64,000 bases of DNA, taken from the NCBI GenBank assembly GCA_012295275.1, contig CM022667.1, positions 3,100,001 through 3,164,000 of the forward strand. The letters are read 5' to 3'. Made by a program: the position numbers and the translations under genes. This DNA comes from Chrysomallon squamiferum. Its lineage: Eukaryota; Animalia; Mollusca. The notes under the pieces are model-generated. The model was not told where the DNA came from and did not search any database. It saw nothing but the letters and a program-made list of their open reading frames with translations. Position 1 is the stretch's first letter; every line of letters starts with the position of its first letter. This document shows, one piece after another, positions 58,617-64,000 of the stretch.

Positions 58617-59468
58617 AAAACACAACAAAAATGAAATTTAAAAAAATATACATATATAAATCTTTCGTTTCTTTTTCATTTTCAAAAGTAAATAAATAAA
58701 TCAAACTAATATAAAAAAAAAAAAAGAAGAGAAAAGAAAATGTATCTTCTTCTTCTTCTATTAGCTCTTTCCACAACCTTAAATCCCACTTAAAGACATT
58801 TCCTTTCCATTACCTTTAGACCGTTTCATAAGCCTAAACCTTAGCCACGGCTTCCAGTGTACAAACTGCCAATCATTTTATTGGCACCCCACCATTTTCT
58901 CCGCCAAACCCGTTCTCTATCATTTCAAATTGGCGCTATCGATGGCAGGAACGGGCGAATAAAAAACATGTTAGTGACGGTCTAAACGCCACTTACAAGC
59001 ATGGGGAAATCACTTGGAAATCTAATTATGGCGGTGATTAGCTTCCTGTTGAAATGAAGAGATCCGATTGACAGGCGGTGGCTGCTGGTGCCGTAACTCA
59101 AGGGAGTTAACCCATTAAGACTGACAAAGACGGGTGCAGAATCGCTAATCGAGCGGAGTGGAGAGGGTTATGAAAAACAACAATATATCTCCGACTGCCC
59201 GCCGGGAAACGCGGTTATTAGCTGTGGTTTTTGTTTCAGCGTTTGTTGCAGGGGCTAATTAAATAAAGAGAGAAAAATAACGCAGCGGAACAAAGTAGAT
59301 AAACAGTAGATGGTTTATCTTCTGGGGCGCGAAGCAGTCATTGATAGACTGGTACCAGCGGGCTGGTTTGTAATGCAACACTAGGAGTATACGTTCGTTC
59401 ACCAACCGTTTGTTTTGTTTTGTTAACTACAGTTTATTATGAAGACATTCCAGATGCCGCAAATTACA

Positions 59469-59644
<176 letters not shown>

Positions 59645-60088
59645 TTCTGTGGTACGGTGTTTTGGGGATATGTAAAACTTCTGACAAGGTTTATAACAAA
59701 ATGCAGTTTGTCTAAAAGTCAGTATATTCTCAGATAGCAGTAGGGGTATATATGTAAATATCTAGATTTAACACTGGTATAGTATGTAGGCTGATGACTG
59801 TTATTTCATAAAATAATGAGTCAGAACTAAGGAAATTCATGTCTTGGACTCTCCAGGATAAACGATCGATGTAATGAATACGTTATAAAAGGTGAATGTT
59901 TAGAAGAGCCATATTGATTAGAGTCGACTCTTTCAAACAGGTTTCCCTGTAGATATGGAAAACACATATCAACGTTTTTGATAAATATGCCATGGGGGTA
60001 CTGATTTGTAAGACAGTTGTGCTTCGTTCTTGTTTTCGCTTATAAAATGAATCGGTTAATAAAAACGTATTAAATCTGCTCATTATTA

Positions 60089-60123
<35 letters not shown>

Positions 60124-60213
60124 GTTTGTTTACTTAGGAATTCTGCTTTGATTTATATTACTGAGATTTATTATATTTGTTCTACAATATTGATAGACAC
60201 GCAAACACACACA

Positions 60214-60328
<115 letters not shown>

Positions 60329-60356
60329 CTGCCTGCCTGCCAGCCTGCCTGCCTGC

Positions 60357-60392
<36 letters not shown>

Positions 60393-62358
60393 AACACATT
60401 ATGGTTTATTCGATTTATTAATATTCCTATTATATGCATGTTAGGATATGTAACGAGTGTGTAAATTCAAATAAAATGAAGACATTTGACATTCATGACA
60501 TTTAATCATCTATTATATAGCTGCTCGTGTAATAACTTTTGTATATCACACTAATATCAGTTGGCTGTTTACCTAACATGACATTTAAATGCACATATAA
60601 TAAAATTCCTTGAGGTGAGACTATGTATTGCATTGAATTTTGTTTGTCCAGTGTAGCCGTAAGCAGGTTATTTATGATTCGTGACATTTGAAGATACTTT
60701 TAAGAACTTAAAAAAAAGTCCTTGACATGAAGTTAAGTAATATGGGGATATTTATTTAAACTACTCTGTATAAATACGACTTTAGTGGTTGTTTGCTAGC
60801 CTTGACACCAAAAATGTAATCTAAAAATTAAATTATATAAATTAACACTACGTATTACGTATTATGTGACTTCTCTGAAGTAGGTGGATCACATAGCTCA
60901 TTTACAAAAAGAAAAAGAGCAAAAAAAAAAACAAAAAATTAAATATTTAAGAGAAATCTTGTCAGATCATCCAAGATGATGCAATGCATCTGTTAATACA
61001 ATTTTTAGCTTAAACATCATTTAAAAGTCATTGAAAAACCACACTGAATTAAATACCCACTGAAATAATAATTACAAGGTGCTAACATTTGAAATGTTCT
61101 AATATAATAAGTGTGGCATTTAAAAGTATCTTGAAAAACGCCAGTGAGTATCGCATCTAAAAATACTTTAAAAACACGTGCGTAATGTGTAACTGACAAT
61201 GAATTACAGCCATCAGTGCTTGCTTAAAATAAAAAAAATAACGTAAAAAATTACATATCCCATTAATAAATATGCTTGAGGTAAAATTAATATTTAGTTG
61301 ATAATTTAATATATTTTTATTTTCATCTAATAAAGATGGCTAGTTTTCCATGTTGCATTTAAAAGTTATCTAAAAACTTTTTTTTCCCATAAATCCCTTT
61401 AACATATTATACTGCATATTATCTAATTTAATCTAATGAAATAACAGATGGTTACTTAAAACTTAAAAGCACATAGGCAGTTATTTAATATCGTCTGTCG
61501 AATGAATTTGTAAAAGGTTATTTAACACGTGTGCCATTAAAATAAGAAGTTTAATAAAATTACTGAAGTATAATAAGGTTTTATAATAACATTGTTTGTT
61601 TGTTTCTTTTTTACTTTTTTTTTTTTTTTAAATTAAATTAAATACAGAAATCCTCTGTGAGTAAATTATCTTTTTCAGTTTAAACTATATAGTTATTACT
61701 TAGTATCTATTTTATTATGTTATCTTTTTCTACGTTTAAAAGTTAGTTCTTACAACACACACCATAATTATAATAATAAATATAAATTTTTGTTTAATGT
61801 AACTATAGATAAACCCTGAACATAATAAATTCTTGATTATCTTATGATATGGGTTCATTTTTAATGTAACTGTTGAAATGTTTAGCTGTGTAATAATATA
61901 ATATAATAAGTTTAATATAAGTAATATGATATTAGCCATAATAAAGCAACATTACAAAGGGTAATTACATGTGTATATATGTATGTATGTATATATATAT
62001 GTATATATGTATGTATGTATGTATGTATATATATATACAGAAATACATGCATACATATTACACATACACATACATATTCATATGCTATAGCATACTGATG
62101 TAGATATAATATACATGGGCTCATATTATGGATTCTGTAAATTTTAACTGTTAGTTATAAATATTATTAAGTTTAATGTTGTTGAATTCATGTAAATATA
62201 AATTACACAGTGAAAAAAAAAATTCTTTACAAATCATGATCGTAAATTAACATTACCGTGTTTATATTCATTATTTTATGATACCTGGGCATGCGATATA
62301 TACTAATAGGTTTCAGTTTTAATATCACAGATATATAAACTACTATTTTGTTACTTAC

Positions 62359-63240
62359 CATACATGATATCCGTGAACTGCTTAAGCGTGTCCCAGACAA
62401 TGGTATATCCACTAATCGTCTTCAATCCACCAGGGCGTTTTCACTTTTTTCATCTCCGTCAGGACTGACATTTTCTTTTCTTTCTGATCGTGTCCCCAGC
62501 GTCTACTGAACACTCAGCTGTGATGTAAACTTTCTGACGACGTCATCAAGCGAAACAAACTCTCAGGAACAAAGTCTAAAGTATTGATTTGAGGTTCAGG
62601 TAAAAATAATAATAATAATAATAAAAAGAAGAAGAACGTGAGGTTTTCTTGAAAAATGCATGAAGTCCACTGTTGAAAAGTATCTTTTTAAAAATAATAA
62701 TATTAATTATTATTATTATTATGATGATGGCAACAAATATGTATTATTTCGTTCACTGAACTCAAACACTCGTCTTCAACTAACTGCAAAACAGACTTTT
62801 TTTAACAAAACAGGCGTATTAAGTAAGACGTCTTCAGCCAAACAAAGGAGAGCGGTGGCGTTAATGGTCTTCGGTGTTGTAAACTTTCTCCCCGACTGAG
62901 CTTGACTTTTGTTTAGAATATTATACTGACAGAAGAGACTCAGAAATCCACTCAGCTATTTCGACATGTTCATATCTTCGGAACTACCGCGCGAGCTCTC
63001 ACGTTTACGTCTGCTTCAGTCAAAAGCGATCTGCCCCGTGAAGCAGACACAGTCGCCTCTCGCGCTATATCGCCTTTCTCTTCGATGCAAGCGGTTCGTT
63101 GAATGGTGTCGGCTAACTTCGGCTCCGTCCGGAAAGACTCGGCTCTGGGGCGGCAGGGGGGGGAATAGAGAAAACATCGCCAATGAGTGACGACGAGTAA
63201 AATAGAGATATAAGCTTTAAAGCACGCGTCGTATAGTAAT
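62359..63240 (-). promoter_or_regulatory. Candidate CpG-rich promoter and first exon on the minus strand
   Basis: Donor ATG|GTAAGT at 62359/62358; CpG-rich 62380-63240 with a GC-box-like GGGGCGGCAGGGGGGG (~63147) and CCAAT (63181). Confidence 0.4.
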
Positions 63241-64000
63241 TAAAACAAAATATAATTTATTGCCTGCGTTTTGTTGCTGTTATTCATCATAACTGTGATA
63301 ACAATCTGAAAACGTTAAGCACGAGACAAGCTTAATTACAGCGTTTTAAAACATGCACGTTTTTCGTCAAGTCGAAAATAACAGGAATACGCAATGTCTT
63401 CAGCCTGGCGCCATCATTTTTACATTTTGTTATGCATCAGGGACAAATACGATCTGAGAAAGATGATAGGTGAAAAAAAAAATGAAGAAAACAGAGGGCT
63501 GGTCTACCCAACAGAAAACATAAGGCCACGCCCAGAATCTCCAGAGATTAAGAAGGTATTCAGCAGGGTCAGCAAAGTACTTTATTTTATGTCGTGTCCA
63601 ATAAATAAGCAATTAACAAATCGTTTAGCAGAGTGACTGTTTTTCAATAAAGTCTATAAAGTATGTAAGTTTTGAAGATGCTGATGTTGCCGAACAGCTA
63701 GAGAAATAACCTACCACAGATGTACAGACAGACAGACCGTCTGGAAATAATAGATTTAATATTTACATTCCCGTTTATTTCAGTTTAAAAAAAAAAATAT
63801 ATATATATATAAAAGATGTTTGACAAAAGGCAGGTTCATCGTGAGAATAATATTACTAATATAATTGGCATAATATATTATTTTTCAAAACTGGTCTATA
63901 TAAGGGTGAGGCATTAATATAAATATATATACAGTTTTTTGTCATTACATCAAGAACATTAGTTTGTCTTTATTAAGTAATCATATTAGTTACTATTTTT

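Noticed and set aside
62534-62560. CTGACGA...GAAAC hammerhead-like core (also CTGACGAG at 46263)
   Set aside because: No pairable stem II and no flanking stems or cleavage triplet could be built.

Overview
AT-rich, microsatellite-dense, intron-containing animal (invertebrate, possibly mollusc-like) genomic DNA, not prokaryotic. Most ORF-track entries are simple-repeat artefacts. Reconstructed by hand from GT-AG exons: (1) the 3' 14 exons of the FACT subunit SPT16 (+, 199-7438); (2) a tandem duplication of the last six SPT16 exons plus downstream flank (~9100-13340) that keeps all splice sites but has a premature stop; (3) a complete 317-aa Aurora kinase (-, 13936-18122) with mixed Aurora A/B signature residues and a CCAAT/CHR promoter; (4) two tail-to-tail paralogous cell-surface genes with matching exon phases. 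One (+, 24584-38117) encodes signal-CUB-like x3-LDLa-TM-PPxY tail. The other (-, 44711-53197) encodes signal-CUB-like x3-LDLa x2 with a GPI-type C-terminus. Together they look like a receptor plus co-receptor/decoy pair. These two genes carry three apparent single-base frameshifts (assembly indels or null alleles). The last 10 kb hold CpG-rich non-coding blocks and candidate first exons on both strands. Protein identities are from recalled family sequences; no database search was run.
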